Of a stretch of 64,000 nt of DNA, positions 1 through 9,597 are shown one piece after another. The position numbers and the translations under genes were made by a program. Where the stretch lies: the NCBI GenBank assembly GCA_041675805.1, contig JBAYTD010000001.1, positions 8,252 through 72,251 on the forward strand, in the 5' to 3' direction. Numbering within the stretch: position 1 is the stretch's first letter; the number at the start of each line of letters is the position of its first letter. The notes beneath the pieces are model-generated. The model did not search any database. It was not told the DNA's origin and saw only the letters and a program-made list of their open reading frames with translations. This DNA comes from Lysobacteraceae bacterium (GTDB lineage Bacteria > Pseudomonadota > Gammaproteobacteria > Xanthomonadales > Xanthomonadaceae).

Positions 1-396
1 AATCGCTCGGCATCCTGCCGCATCCCGTTCGTCACCAATCCGAAGGCGCGGCGCATCGAGTTCCGCTTCCCCGATCCGATGAACTCCGGTTACCTGATCT
101 TCACCGCGCTGATGATGGCCGGCATCGACGGCATCCTGAACAAGATCGACCCCGGCGCGCCGATGGACAAGGACCTGTACGACCTGCCGCCGGAGGAGGA
201 GAAGGGCATCCCGACGGTGTGCCATTCGCTCGACCAGGCGCTGGAGGCGCTCGACGCCGACCGCGAGTTCCTCAAGGCCGGCGGCGTGATGAGCGACGAT
301 TTCATCGACGGCTACATCGCGTTGAAGATGCAGGAGGTGACCAGGTTCCGTGCCGCCACCCACCCGCTGGAGTATCAGTTGTACTACAGCCTCTGA
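1..396 (+). CDS. glnA: glutamine synthetase type I, C-terminal fragment (5' end outside window)
   Basis: Frame 1 is open from base 1: [26 protein letters not shown]...[29 protein letters not shown]...[11 protein letters not shown]. This is the conserved GlnA C-terminus. TGA at 394-396. Confidence 0.9.
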   Translation, partial: NRSASCRIPFVTNPKARRIEFRFPDPMNSGYLIFTALMMAGIDGILNKIDPGAPMDKDLYDLPPEEEKGIPTVCHSLDQALEALDADREFLKAGGVMSDDFIDGYIALKMQEVTRFRAATHPLEYQLYYSL

Positions 397-417
397 GTCG
401 GGCCGTGCCGGCGGCGA

Positions 418-1251
418 TCAGGGCTTCAGGCGCACGTACAGCGCCTTGCCACCGCCGCCGGCCTGCCGTTCCTCGACGGCGAAATACCGGCTCTGGCTGC
501 GCACCAGTTCGCTGAGCTTGCGGAAGCCGTACAGACGCGGGTCGAAGTCGGGGCGAATCTTGTTGAGGTACTGGCCGACCGAACTCAGGTGTACCCAGCC
601 GCCCTCGGCGTCGTCGTCGGCTTCGTCGATGGCCTGCTGGATCAGCTTGATCGGCGCGCGCTGCGCGGGCGGCTGCGTCGTTGTCGCGCTCGCTTCGCCG
701 TCATCCTTTTTCGCTGCCTTGCCGGCGGTCTTGCCGGCGGCTGGGCGCTTCTTCGTGCCCTCGGCGTCGGCGGCCTGTTCGCGCAGCAGTTCGGTGTAGA
801 CGAACTTGTCGCAGGCCTGGACGAACGGGTCGGGCGTCTTGCGCTCGCCGAAGCCGTAGACGATCAGCCCTTCCTCGCGCAGCCGCTGGGCCAGGCGGGT
901 GAAGTCGCTGTCGCTGGAAACCAGGCAGAAGCCGTCGAAGCGGCCGGTGTGCATCAGGTCCATGGCGTCGATGATCATCGCGCTGTCGGTGGCGTTCTTG
1001 CCCGAGGTGTAGGCGAACTGCTGCACCGGCTGGATCGAGTGCTTGAGCAACGCGGCCTTCCACGAGGCCATCCGGTTGGAGGTGAAATCGCCATAGATGC
1101 GGCGCACGCTGGACACGCCGTGGCGGGCGACTTCCTCCAGCAAGGCACCGATCACCTGCGGCTGGGCGTTGTCGGCGTCGATCAGCACCGCCAGGCGCGC
1201 TTGCTCGACTTCGACGCGTGGCGCGGGGGCGTGGGCGGGAGACTTGGCCAT
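418..1251 (-). CDS. NYN domain (PIN-like RNase) protein with C-terminal OST-HTH/LOTUS domain
   Basis: 277 aa. LAVLIDADNA...YGDFTS...GKNATDSAMIIDAMD...LVSSDSDFTRLAQRLREEG is the NYN core. C-terminal GWVHLSSVGQYLNKIRPDFDPRLYGFRKLSELV is LOTUS-like. ATG at 1251. Confidence 0.8.
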   Translation of the reverse strand: MAKSPAHAPAPRVEVEQARLAVLIDADNAQPQVIGALLEEVARHGVSSVRRIYGDFTSNRMASWKAALLKHSIQPVQQFAYTSGKNATDSAMIIDAMDLMHTGRFDGFCLVSSDSDFTRLAQRLREEGLIVYGFGERKTPDPFVQACDKFVYTELLREQAADAEGTKKRPAAGKTAGKAAKKDDGEASATTTQPPAQRAPIKLIQQAIDEADDDAEGGWVHLSSVGQYLNKIRPDFDPRLYGFRKLSELVRSQSRYFAVEERQAGGGGKALYVRLKP

Positions 1252-1254
1252 GGG

Positions 1255-2028
1255 CTACTCCGGCTGGTAGTCGACGATGAAGGGTGCGTGGTCGGAGAAC
1301 TTCGGCTCGGCGACGATGCGGCAGTCGAGCAGCCGCCCGGCGAGGCCGGGCGAGACGATCTGGTAATCGATGCGCCAGCCGACGTTGTTGGCGCGCGCCG
1401 CGCCGCGCTGCGACCACCAGGTGTAGTCCTGGCCTTCCGGGCGCAGCCGGCGGTAGGCGTCGACCCAGCCCTGGCGCTCGAACAGGTCGCCGATCCAGGC
1501 GCGTTCTTCCGGCAGGCAGCCGGAGTTCTTCTGGTTGGACTTCCAGTTGCGGATGTCGCGTTCGGTGTGGACGATGTTCCAGTCGCCGCAGAGCACGTAG
1601 TCGCGGCCGCTGTCGCGCCAGCGTTGCAGGATCGGTGCCAGCCAGGCCATCACCTCGAACTTGAAGCCCTGGCGCAGTTCCCCGGAGGAGCCGGAGGGGA
1701 TGTAGAACGAGACCACGCTCAGGTTGCCGAAACGCGCCTCGATGTAGCGGCCCTCGTCGTCGAACGGTGCCCAGTCGAGCGAGTCGAGCACCGCATCGGG
1801 TTCGCGCCGGCTGTACAGGGCGACGCCGCTGTAGCCCTTCTTGCTGGTTGCATCGCGCAGGTAGCGCCGGTAGCCGGGCGGGTTGAACAGCGGGTCGCCC
1901 AACTGCGCCGCCTGCGCCTTGGTTTCCTGCACGCAGAGGATGTCGATGTCCTGGCCGGCAAACCAGTCGAAGAATCCCTTGTTGGCCGCCGAACGCAGGC
2001 CGTTGGCGTTGAAACTGGCGATTCGCAT
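1255..2028 (-). CDS. xthA: exodeoxyribonuclease III
   Basis: 257 aa. MRIASFNANGLRSA...DILCVQETK...GDWNIVHTERD...SDHAPF are EEP/ExoIII family motifs. Confidence 0.9.
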   Translation of the reverse strand: MRIASFNANGLRSAANKGFFDWFAGQDIDILCVQETKAQAAQLGDPLFNPPGYRRYLRDATSKKGYSGVALYSRREPDAVLDSLDWAPFDDEGRYIEARFGNLSVVSFYIPSGSSGELRQGFKFEVMAWLAPILQRWRDSGRDYVLCGDWNIVHTERDIRNWKSNQKNSGCLPEERAWIGDLFERQGWVDAYRRLRPEGQDYTWWSQRGAARANNVGWRIDYQIVSPGLAGRLLDCRIVAEPKFSDHAPFIVDYQPE

Positions 2029-2132
2029 GGAGGTAATGGCGGATTCGTTATGGGTGATGGCTGGGGCAGAGCGTGATGGGGAGCCTAGCGGAATGGGGCA
2101 AAATGCGCAGCCGTCCCCCCGGTCCCGCCGCC

Positions 2133-2801
2133 ATGTTGCACGACCATCAACGCCGTTTCTTCGACCTGGCCCTGCAATGCGAGGTGTTGCGCTTTGGCGA
2201 GTTCACGCTGAAGTCGGGGCGGACCTCGCCGTATTTCTTCAACGCCGGGCGCTTTGATTCCGGCCCGGCGCTGGCCGCGCTCGGGGCCTGCTACGCCGAT
2301 GCGCTGGAAGCCTCGCGGCTGGACTTCGACATGCTGTTCGGCCCGGCCTACAAGGGCATCCCGCTGGCCACCGCGCTGGCGCTGACGCTGGCGGCGCGCG
2401 GGCGTGCGGTGCCGTTGGCGTTCAACCGCAAGGAGGCGAAGGCCCACGGCGAGGGCGGCGTCACCTTCGGCGCGCCGTTGCAGGGTCGCGTGCTGATCGT
2501 CGACGACGTGGTGACGGCGGGCACGGCGGTGCGCGAATCGATCAGCCTGATCCGCGCCGCCGGTGCCACGCCTTGCGCCGTGCTGGTGGCGCTGGACCGC
2601 CAGGAGCGTGGCCTGGGCGAGCGTTCCGCCACCCGCGAAATTGCTGAATCGGAAGGGTTGCCAGTGATCGCCATCGCAGGTTTGGATCAACTGTTGACCT
2701 ATACTGGCGAGCGCCCGGAACTTCTCGCGCACGGCCCGCGTCTTGCCGAATACCGCCGCCGCCATGGCTGCCCGGCCGCCCAGGAGAACCCCAATCCATG
2801 A
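2133..2801 (+). CDS. pyrE: orotate phosphoribosyltransferase
   Basis: FGEFTLKSGRTSPYFFNAG, GPAYKGIPLA, NRKEAKAHGEGG and VLIVDDVVTAGTA (PRPP loop) are collinear with E. coli PyrE as I remember it. I chose the internal ATG at 2133 (MLHDHQRRFF) over the ORF-track start at 2073. Confidence 0.9.
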   Translation: MLHDHQRRFFDLALQCEVLRFGEFTLKSGRTSPYFFNAGRFDSGPALAALGACYADALEASRLDFDMLFGPAYKGIPLATALALTLAARGRAVPLAFNRKEAKAHGEGGVTFGAPLQGRVLIVDDVVTAGTAVRESISLIRAAGATPCAVLVALDRQERGLGERSATREIAESEGLPVIAIAGLDQLLTYTGERPELLAHGPRLAEYRRRHGCPAAQENPNP

Positions 2802-3445
2802 TGATCAAGCGCCTTTTCGTTGCTTCACTGGCCCTCGCCTGCGCGGCGGCGGCGATGGATGCCGATGCCCAGAAGCTGTACCGCTGGGTGGACCAGGACG
2901 GCAAGGTCCATTACAGCGACAAGGTTCCACCGCAGGAGGTGGACAAGGCGCGTGACGAGATCAACGCCCAGGGGCGCACGGTGAAAAGCGTCGACCGGGC
3001 GCTGACCGAGGACGAACTGGAACACGCCGCGCGCGATGCGGCGGATGCCGAGGAGGCGCGCAAGGTCAAGGAGGCGCAGGACCGCATGGACCATGTGCTG
3101 ATGGCCTCCTACGAAAGCGAGGACGACCTCAAGCGCGCCTACGACGAGCGCTTCGACCTGATCCGGCAGAGCATCGAGTCGGCCCAGGTCGGCGTGCGCA
3201 GCCAGGAGAAGAGCCTGGCCGACATCCTCGCCCACGCCGCCTCGCTGGAGCGTAGCGGCAAGCCGGTCGGCGACAGCATCAAGAAGTCCATCGAAGCCTC
3301 GCGCAAGCAGGTGCTGGAACAGACCGCCTACCTGGAGCGCCGCGAGGCCGAGCAGCACAGCCTGCAAGCCGAGTACGACAGCACGCTGGCGCGCTATCGC
3401 GAACTGAAGGCGGCGCAGCAGGCGCGGCTGAACGAGCGGCGCTGA
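2798..3445 (+). CDS. DUF4124 domain exported protein
   Basis: Signal peptide MMIKRLFVASLALACAAAAMDADA, then YRWVDQDGKVHYSDKVP (DUF4124 signature), then a charged coiled-coil-like tail. The start overlaps the pyrE stop (ATGA). Confidence 0.75.
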   Translation: MMIKRLFVASLALACAAAAMDADAQKLYRWVDQDGKVHYSDKVPPQEVDKARDEINAQGRTVKSVDRALTEDELEHAARDAADAEEARKVKEAQDRMDHVLMASYESEDDLKRAYDERFDLIRQSIESAQVGVRSQEKSLADILAHAASLERSGKPVGDSIKKSIEASRKQVLEQTAYLERREAEQHSLQAEYDSTLARYRELKAAQQARLNERR

Positions 3446-3618
3446 TCAGCCGAGCGGTCCGCGCAAGGGTTTGCCGGTTCCGCCGGCATCATCCCGACGC
3501 GCGCGGCGTGGACACCACGGGCCGCTGCCGCAACGACGATCACGACACGGCTTGACCCGGTCAGGGCGCTGACCGCCTGACGATCCGCGCAGCGGGCGTC
3601 GGCCGCCCGCCCGCCGCC

Positions 3619-5922
3619 TCAGAACGGCAGGTCCAGATCCGCCCGCACCGCCAGCAATTGCGTCCGGAACAGTTCCTGGATGCGCGTCAGCGCCTCCTGG
3701 CTGTCGGCATCGAAGCGCAGCACCAGGCAGGGCGTGGTGTTGGAACAGCGTACCAGCCCCCAGCCATCCGGCCAGTCGGCGCGCAGGCCGTCGATGCTGG
3801 CGATCTTGGCACCCTCGAAGCGCGCCTGGGCGCGGAAGGCGTCGATGAAGGCGTAATGTTCGCCTTCCTCCATCTGCACCTTCAACTCCGGCGTCGACAC
3901 GCCCTTGGGCAGTTCCTCGAAGATTTCCTCCGGCTCGCGGCCATCGGCGGCGATGATCTCCAGCAGGCGAGCGGCGGCGTAGATGCCGTCGTCGAAGCCG
4001 TACCAGCGCTCGCGGAAGAAGAAGTGGCCGCTCATCTCGCCGGCCAGTTCGGCGTCGATCTCCTTCATCTTCGCCTTGATCAGCGAGTGCCCGGTCTTCC
4101 ACATGATCGGGCTGCCGCCGTGGCGCAGCACCTGGCCGGCCAACTGGCCGGTGCACTTCACGTCGTAGATGATGCTGGCACCGGGGTTGCGGCTGAGCAC
4201 GTCCTGGGCGAACAGCATCAGCAGGCGGTCCGGGTAGATCACCTCGCCGCTGCGCGTCACCACGCCGAGGCGGTCGCCGTCGCCGTCGAAGGCGATGCCG
4301 AGGTCGGCCTGGGTGCGCGCCACCGCCAGCGCCAGGTCGGCGAGGTTGGCCGGGTCGCCCGGGTCGGGGTGGTGGTTGGGGAAGGTGCCGTCGATGTCGC
4401 AGTAAAGCTCTTCGACGCCGCAGCCGATGGCTTCCAGCACGCGCGGCCCGATGCCGCCGGCCACGCCGTTGCCGGCATCGACGACGACGTGCAACTGGCG
4501 TTCCAACTGGATGTCCGAGGCGATCCGCGACAGGTACTCGTCGGCCATGTCCATGGTTTGCAGGCTGCCGCCGCCGCCGCTGTGCAGGTCGTTCTCGACG
4601 ATCCGCGTGTACAGCGCCTGGATCGCGTCGCCGGACAGCGTCTCGCCGCCGATCATGATCTTGAAGCCGTTGTAATCGGGCGGGTTGTGGCTGCCGGTGA
4701 CGGCGACGCCGCTGCCGATGCTCAGGTGATGGGTGGCGAAATACAGTACCGGCGTCGGTGCCATGCCGATGTCGATGACATCGCAGCCGGCCTCGCGCAG
4801 GCCGTCGATCAGCGCCGCCGACAGCGCCGGGCCGGACAGCCGGCCATCGCGGCCGACGGCGATTTCGCGCAGGCCCTGGTCGATCATCGTGCTGCCGACC
4901 GCCTGGCCGATCAGGCGGGCGATGTGCTCGTCGAGCGTCTTGCCGAGCACGCCACGGATGTCGTAGGCGCGGAAGATGCTGCGGTCGACCTTGGTCAGCG
5001 GCTTTGGCGCGGCGTCGGCCGGGCTGGCCTTCTTGCGCGCCGGCGCGTTGGCCTCGGCGGCCAGCACCTCGGCGAAGCTGGTTTCGCTGACTTCCTCGAC
5101 GTCGCCGCGTTTGCGTTGGCGACTGGCCAGCACCGCTGCCAGCGCCCACAGCAGGGCACCCAGGCCGATCGGCTTGAGCAGGTCGCCCAGTTCGTCGCTG
5201 CCCTCCGGCTTGGCGGCGGAAAGGCGGAAGGCGCTGCCGCCGATGCTGACCGGCGCGGCCAGCCGGCGCAGGCTGGCGTCGCCGTACTGGGCCAGCGGCT
5301 GGGTGTCGAAGCTCAGCATCAGGAAGCCGCCGCTGGCACCGGTGGCCTGCACCGGGGCGATCAGCAGGTCGAGCGGCAGTTCGCCGTAGGCGATGCCGAT
5401 CACCTTGCCCGCCTCGCGCAGCGGCGCGGCGATGCCCAGCGTGAGCGCGTCGCCGTGGCCGACCAGACCGATGGCCGGCCTGGGACGGATCAGCGAGGCG
5501 CTGAGCACCGACATGCGGCCCCAGCCGACCGCATCGGGATCGGCGAAGGCTTCGTCGAGACCGGGGCTGAACACGCGCGGGTTGGCCAGTTCCGGCCAGC
5601 GCTGCGACAGCCGCGTGGCGGCGGCGGTGTAGGCCGCTGCGGCGGCATCGGCGTCGAGGCGGCGGTCGTCGATGGCTTCGGCGAAGCGCGTGGTGGTTTC
5701 GGTGATGGTCTTGTCCAGCACGCCGACCAGGCGGTCGCGCGCCTGCAGTGCTTCGTTGCCGCCGCGCTGGTCCATCCAGCCGACGATGCCCTGGCCGATC
5801 AGGATGCCACCGACCAGCATGGCGATCACCGCCGCTGCCGTGGCGATGCGCCGGCGCAGTGCCGGGTCGATGGCGAGCAGCGGATCCTTCTCTTGCTCTT
5901 GTTTGCGCTTGCGCTTGGCCAT
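3619..5922 (-). CDS. phosphomannomutase/phosphoglucomutase with about 310-aa N-terminal two-TM extension
   Basis: 767 aa. The C-terminal 455 aa carry alpha-D-phosphohexomutase motifs (AYDIRG, GVAVTGSHNPPDYNGFK, FDGDGDRLGVV, GEMSGHFFF). The N-terminus has two hydrophobic helices (aa ~25-48 and ~250-266). Confidence 0.85.
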   Translation of the reverse strand: MAKRKRKQEQEKDPLLAIDPALRRRIATAAAVIAMLVGGILIGQGIVGWMDQRGGNEALQARDRLVGVLDKTITETTTRFAEAIDDRRLDADAAAAAYTAAATRLSQRWPELANPRVFSPGLDEAFADPDAVGWGRMSVLSASLIRPRPAIGLVGHGDALTLGIAAPLREAGKVIGIAYGELPLDLLIAPVQATGASGGFLMLSFDTQPLAQYGDASLRRLAAPVSIGGSAFRLSAAKPEGSDELGDLLKPIGLGALLWALAAVLASRQRKRGDVEEVSETSFAEVLAAEANAPARKKASPADAAPKPLTKVDRSIFRAYDIRGVLGKTLDEHIARLIGQAVGSTMIDQGLREIAVGRDGRLSGPALSAALIDGLREAGCDVIDIGMAPTPVLYFATHHLSIGSGVAVTGSHNPPDYNGFKIMIGGETLSGDAIQALYTRIVENDLHSGGGGSLQTMDMADEYLSRIASDIQLERQLHVVVDAGNGVAGGIGPRVLEAIGCGVEELYCDIDGTFPNHHPDPGDPANLADLALAVARTQADLGIAFDGDGDRLGVVTRSGEVIYPDRLLMLFAQDVLSRNPGASIIYDVKCTGQLAGQVLRHGGSPIMWKTGHSLIKAKMKEIDAELAGEMSGHFFFRERWYGFDDGIYAAARLLEIIAADGREPEEIFEELPKGVSTPELKVQMEEGEHYAFIDAFRAQARFEGAKIASIDGLRADWPDGWGLVRCSNTTPCLVLRFDADSQEALTRIQELFRTQLLAVRADLDLPF

Positions 5923-5958
5923 GCCTTCAGTCGTCCATGCTGGATCTGGAGATGGACG

Positions 5959-6420
5959 CTAGCGCAGGCCGGTGTGGCCGAAGCCACCCGCGCCGCGGTC
6001 GGTCGCCGAAAACGCTTCGACCTGCCGCAGACAAACCCGCGTCACCGGCATGAACACCAGCTGCGCGATGCGATCCCCCGGAGCGATGGTATAGGCCTCG
6101 GCGCTGCGGTTCCACAGGCTGACCATCAGCGGGCCCTGATAGTCGGCGTCGATCAGGCCGACCAGGTTGCCCAGCACCAGGCCATGCCGGTGGCCCAGGC
6201 CCGAGCGCGGCAGCAGCACCGCGCACAGCCCCGGGTCGCCGATGTGGATGGCAAGGCCGGTGGCTGCCAGCAGCGATTCGCCGCCGGCCAGGGTGTGCGG
6301 CACGTCGATCATGGCGCGCAGGTCCATCCCGGCCGAGGCGGCGGTGGCGTAGTCGGGCAGCGGGAAGTCGCGGCCCAGGCGCGGGTCGAGGATGCGGAAA
6401 TCGATGTTGCGTGCGGTCAT
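5959..6420 (-). CDS. dut: dUTP diphosphatase
   Basis: 153 aa from the internal ATG at 6420: [16 protein letters not shown]...ASAGMDLRA...[10 protein letters not shown]...[11 protein letters not shown]...[11 protein letters not shown]. Overlaps the coaBC stop by 4 nt. Confidence 0.93.
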   Translation of the reverse strand: MTARNIDFRILDPRLGRDFPLPDYATAASAGMDLRAMIDVPHTLAGGESLLAATGLAIHIGDPGLCAVLLPRSGLGHRHGLVLGNLVGLIDADYQGPLMVSLWNRSAEAYTIAPGDRIAQLVFMPVTRVCLRQVEAFSATDRGAGGFGHTGLR

Positions 6421-7625
6421 TGCGGCGGAGTCCCCAGGCGCGCGGCGATCAGCGCGATCAGTTGATCGGCGACGGCGCGCTTGTCTCCCAAAGCAATTTC
6501 CTTGCCACCGCCGGGCCAGAACACCGACAGCGCGTTCTCGCCGGCCTCGAAACCGCGGCCATCGCAGCCGACCAGGTTGGCGGCGATCATGTCCAGCCGC
6601 TTGCGCGCCAGCTTGGCGCGGGCGTGCGTCTCGACGTCCTGGGTCTCGGCGGCGAAGCCGACCACGAAGGGCCGGCCGGGCAGGGCGGCGACTTCGGCAA
6701 CGATATCGGGGTTGGCGACCAGTTCCAGGTGCCAGTCGTTGCCGTCCTTCTTGCGCTTTTGCGCATGCACCTGGGCCGGGCGGTAGTCGGCCACCGCGGC
6801 GGCGGCGATGAAAGCGTCGCAATCGCCGGCATGGGCCAGCACCGCCTCGCGCATCGCCCGCGCGCTGCGCACGTCGATACGCTCGACGCCGGGCGGCGTC
6901 GGCAGCGCCACCGGCCCGGCGACCAGTCGCACTCGCGCACCGGCGTCGCGCGCTGCTTCGGCCACGGCAAAGCCCATGCGGCCGGAACTGCGGTTGCCGA
7001 GGAAGCGGACCGGGTCGATGTCCTCGAAGGTGGGACCGGCGCTGATCAGCACGCGGCGGCCGGCGAGCAGGTCGGAAGTCGGCGCGACGGACAGCGCGGC
7101 GATGATCTCGGCCGGCTCGCTCATCCGGCCGGGGCCGACATCGCCGCAGGCCTGCTCGCCGGAGGCCGGGCCGATCAGGCGCGCGCCGCGACCGGCCAGC
7201 ACGGCGATGTTGGCCCGGGTTGCCGGATGCGCCCACATCGCCTGGTTCATCGCCGGTGCCAGCCACAGCGGCGCGCGGCTGGCCAGGCACAGCGTGCCGA
7301 GCAGGTCGTCGGCGCGGCCCTGCGCCAGTCGCGCCAGCGTGTCGGCACTGGCCGGGGCGATCAGGATGGCGTCGGCCCAGCGCGCCAGTTCGATGTGGCC
7401 CATCGCCGCCTCGGCGCTGGCGTCCCACAGGCTGCGCCGCACCGAGCGGCCGGACAGCGCCTGCAAGGTGGTCGCGGTGATGAAGCGCGCCGCGCCGCGG
7501 GTCATCACCGGCTGCACCTCGGCACCCGCAGCGCGCAGTTGGCGGACCAGTTCGGCCGACTTGTAGGCGGCGATGCCGCCGCTGACGCCGAGCAGGATGC
7601 GTGCCGGAAAGCGGGTCTGCGGCAA
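6417..7625 (-). CDS. coaBC: bifunctional phosphopantothenoylcysteine decarboxylase / phosphopantothenate-cysteine ligase
   Basis: 402 aa. [21 protein letters not shown] (flavoprotein N-domain) and [25 protein letters not shown] (CoaB domain). The dut-coaBC-radC arrangement is classic. Confidence 0.93.
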   Translation of the reverse strand: MPQTRFPARILLGVSGGIAAYKSAELVRQLRAAGAEVQPVMTRGAARFITATTLQALSGRSVRRSLWDASAEAAMGHIELARWADAILIAPASADTLARLAQGRADDLLGTLCLASRAPLWLAPAMNQAMWAHPATRANIAVLAGRGARLIGPASGEQACGDVGPGRMSEPAEIIAALSVAPTSDLLAGRRVLISAGPTFEDIDPVRFLGNRSSGRMGFAVAEAARDAGARVRLVAGPVALPTPPGVERIDVRSARAMREAVLAHAGDCDAFIAAAAVADYRPAQVHAQKRKKDGNDWHLELVANPDIVAEVAALPGRPFVVGFAAETQDVETHARAKLARKRLDMIAANLVGCDGRGFEAGENALSVFWPGGGKEIALGDKRAVADQLIALIAARLGTPPQ

Positions 7626-7766
7626 GGGAAAACTCCTACGCGGCGGAGAGCGGCCATCTTACCCGATGCGTCGGGCATTCCCGATGGCGCGGACGGCGCT
7701 GCTTGCCGACCATGCCTGCACCGACGCAACGCCGTCATCAGCAACCAGAGTGGAGGGAATGCAGGA

Positions 7767-8438
7767 ATGAGCATCCGCGATTGGCCCGACCAGGAACGCC
7801 CGCGCGAACGCCTGCTGCGCGGCGGCGCGGCGGCGCTGTCCGACGCCGAACTGCTGGCCGTGTTCATCGGCTCCGGCGGGCGCGGCGAGGACGCCGTGGC
7901 GAGCGGCCGCGCCCTGCTCGCCAGCCACGGATCGCTGCGCGACCTGCTGGCGCTGGGCGGCGATCTGCTGCGCCTGCCCGGCATCGGCCCGGCCACCACC
8001 TGCCGCCTGCTGGCGGCGCTGGAACTGGGCAACCGCTGCCTGCAGGAAAGCCTCGCGCGCGGCGAAGCGATCCGTGATCCGCTGATGGCCGGGCAGTTGT
8101 TCCGCCAGCGCCTGCGCGACCTGCCGGCGGAAGTGTTCGCCTGCGCCTACTTCGATACCCGGCATCGGATGATCGCCTTCGAGGAACTGTTCCGCGGTGG
8201 CATCGCCGGTGCCGAGGTGCATCCGCGCGAGGTGGTGCGTCGCTGCATGGCGCACAACGCCGCGGCGGTGATCTTCGGCCACAACCATCCCAGCGGCGTC
8301 GCCGAGCCGAGCGCGGCCGACCGCCACATCACCATGCGGCTGCGCGAGGCGCTGTCGCTGATCGACGTGCGCGTGCTCGATCATTTCATCGTCGGGGAAG
8401 GCGTGCCGGTGTCGATGGCGGAACGCGGCCTGCTGTAG
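7767..8438 (+). CDS. radC: RadC-family JAB-domain protein (UPF0758)
   Basis: 223 aa from the ATG at 7767. MSIRDWPDQERPRERLL...LSDAELLAVFIGSG...GHNHPSGVAEPSAADRHITMRL carries the JAMM-like HNHPSG motif. Confidence 0.9.
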   Translation: MSIRDWPDQERPRERLLRGGAAALSDAELLAVFIGSGGRGEDAVASGRALLASHGSLRDLLALGGDLLRLPGIGPATTCRLLAALELGNRCLQESLARGEAIRDPLMAGQLFRQRLRDLPAEVFACAYFDTRHRMIAFEELFRGGIAGAEVHPREVVRRCMAHNAAAVIFGHNHPSGVAEPSAADRHITMRLREALSLIDVRVLDHFIVGEGVPVSMAERGLL

Positions 8439-8535
8439 CCGTGCCGTTGGCGCAGTTGCGGCGCGGCCGGCGGCGGGCCGTATACTCGCCACAGCGGGCG
8501 CGCCGGATCGCCCGCCGACGACGAAGGGGTTTAAC

Positions 8536-9597
8536 GTGATCCTGCGGCCCGCCATCGCCCACCAGCCCGACTCGGTCGAACTGCGGCTCGCCGACCCGCT
8601 GGCCGCCCGCGCCCTGTTGCTTCGCCATCGTCCGGACGTGATCCAGTTTCTCGCCGAACGCCGGCAGACCCTGCTCGACGCCTTCGGCCCCGACCTGCGG
8701 CAGACGCTGCTGCGCGCCGACGCCGCGCTGATGCTGAGCCTGGCGCGGATGGGTTGCCGCCACGGCAGTTGGGGCGACGATTTCCACCACTACCACAACG
8801 AAAACCACTCGCTGGAAATCCTCGACGGGCGGATCGGCCGGCTGATGCAGGGGATCGGCCTCGATGCCCTGTCCGGCGAGGAGTGGGTGGCGCTGCAACT
8901 GTTTGCCACCTGCCACGACCTGCGCCAGCGCGAGCAGGTCGATTTCGAGCGCGCGGTCGGCAACAACGAGGACGCCAGCATCGACGAGACGGTGCGCATC
9001 CTCGACCTGTGCGGCTTCTGCCTGCGCGAACACCGCGGCCTGTATCTGGCGCTGGAACTGATGATCGCCGGCTCCACCTTCGACGCCCGACCGGCCGCCG
9101 CGCTGGCGCGGACCTCCTACAACTCGGCCGAGGTGGCCGCCACCGGCGGCGCGCTGGCACCCAGGCTGGGCGACCATCTGGATCGCGTCGCCCCGGATTG
9201 GCGCGCCGACCCGCAGGTGGCGCGCGCCGTGCATCTGGCGCTGATCGCCTCCGATCTGGATACCGCCAACGTCGCCGAGGCCTTTCCCTGGCTGGCGGAA
9301 AGCGCCAGCCGGCTGTGCCAGGAGCGCGAGATGCGCAGCGGGCGGCGGCTGGAGTCGGCGGAATCGGCGCAGCCCTGCGTATCCTTCCTCAGCGACGGAC
9401 AGGAACGCTATTTTTTCGAGTTGCACCGATTCTGCTCGGCCGAAGGCGAGGCGACCTTCGCCGCCACCAAGGCCGACAACGCACCGCGCGTGCGCGCCAT
9501 CGCCCAGGCCATGCGCGAGCGCTTCGCCGCCGGCGCGACGCCGGCCAGCGGGCTGGAAGTGGTGCGCGAGTTCTCCCGCCTGACGCTGGCGGCCTGA
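8536..9597 (+). CDS. conserved hypothetical protein with HD/PDE-like metal-binding motif pattern
   Basis: 353 aa. GTG start preceded by GAAGGGG 6 nt upstream. Coding-like third-position GC and no competing annotated gene. Contains HHYHNENHSLEIL ... ATCHDLRQ ... IASDLD. I recognise no family with certainty. Confidence 0.6.
   Translation: MILRPAIAHQPDSVELRLADPLAARALLLRHRPDVIQFLAERRQTLLDAFGPDLRQTLLRADAALMLSLARMGCRHGSWGDDFHHYHNENHSLEILDGRIGRLMQGIGLDALSGEEWVALQLFATCHDLRQREQVDFERAVGNNEDASIDETVRILDLCGFCLREHRGLYLALELMIAGSTFDARPAAALARTSYNSAEVAATGGALAPRLGDHLDRVAPDWRADPQVARAVHLALIASDLDTANVAEAFPWLAESASRLCQEREMRSGRRLESAESAQPCVSFLSDGQERYFFELHRFCSAEGEATFAATKADNAPRVRAIAQAMRERFAAGATPASGLEVVREFSRLTLAA

Noticed and set aside
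1624-1640. Sigma54-like motif on the minus strand: TGGCACCGATCCTGCAA, the reverse complement of 1624-1640.
   Set aside because: It lies in the middle of the xthA coding sequence with no plausible downstream target. I keep it as a warning that -24/-12 matches of this quality occur by chance in this GC-rich window, which lowers confidence in the two intergenic matches.
3446-6465. Long ORFs 3446-5149 (minus, 567 aa) and 3658-6465 (plus, 935 aa) overlapping the phosphomannomutase gene.
   Set aside because: They are alternative-frame or antisense readings of a gene with clear phosphohexomutase motifs. Their products are Arg/Pro/Gly-rich with no domain signatures.
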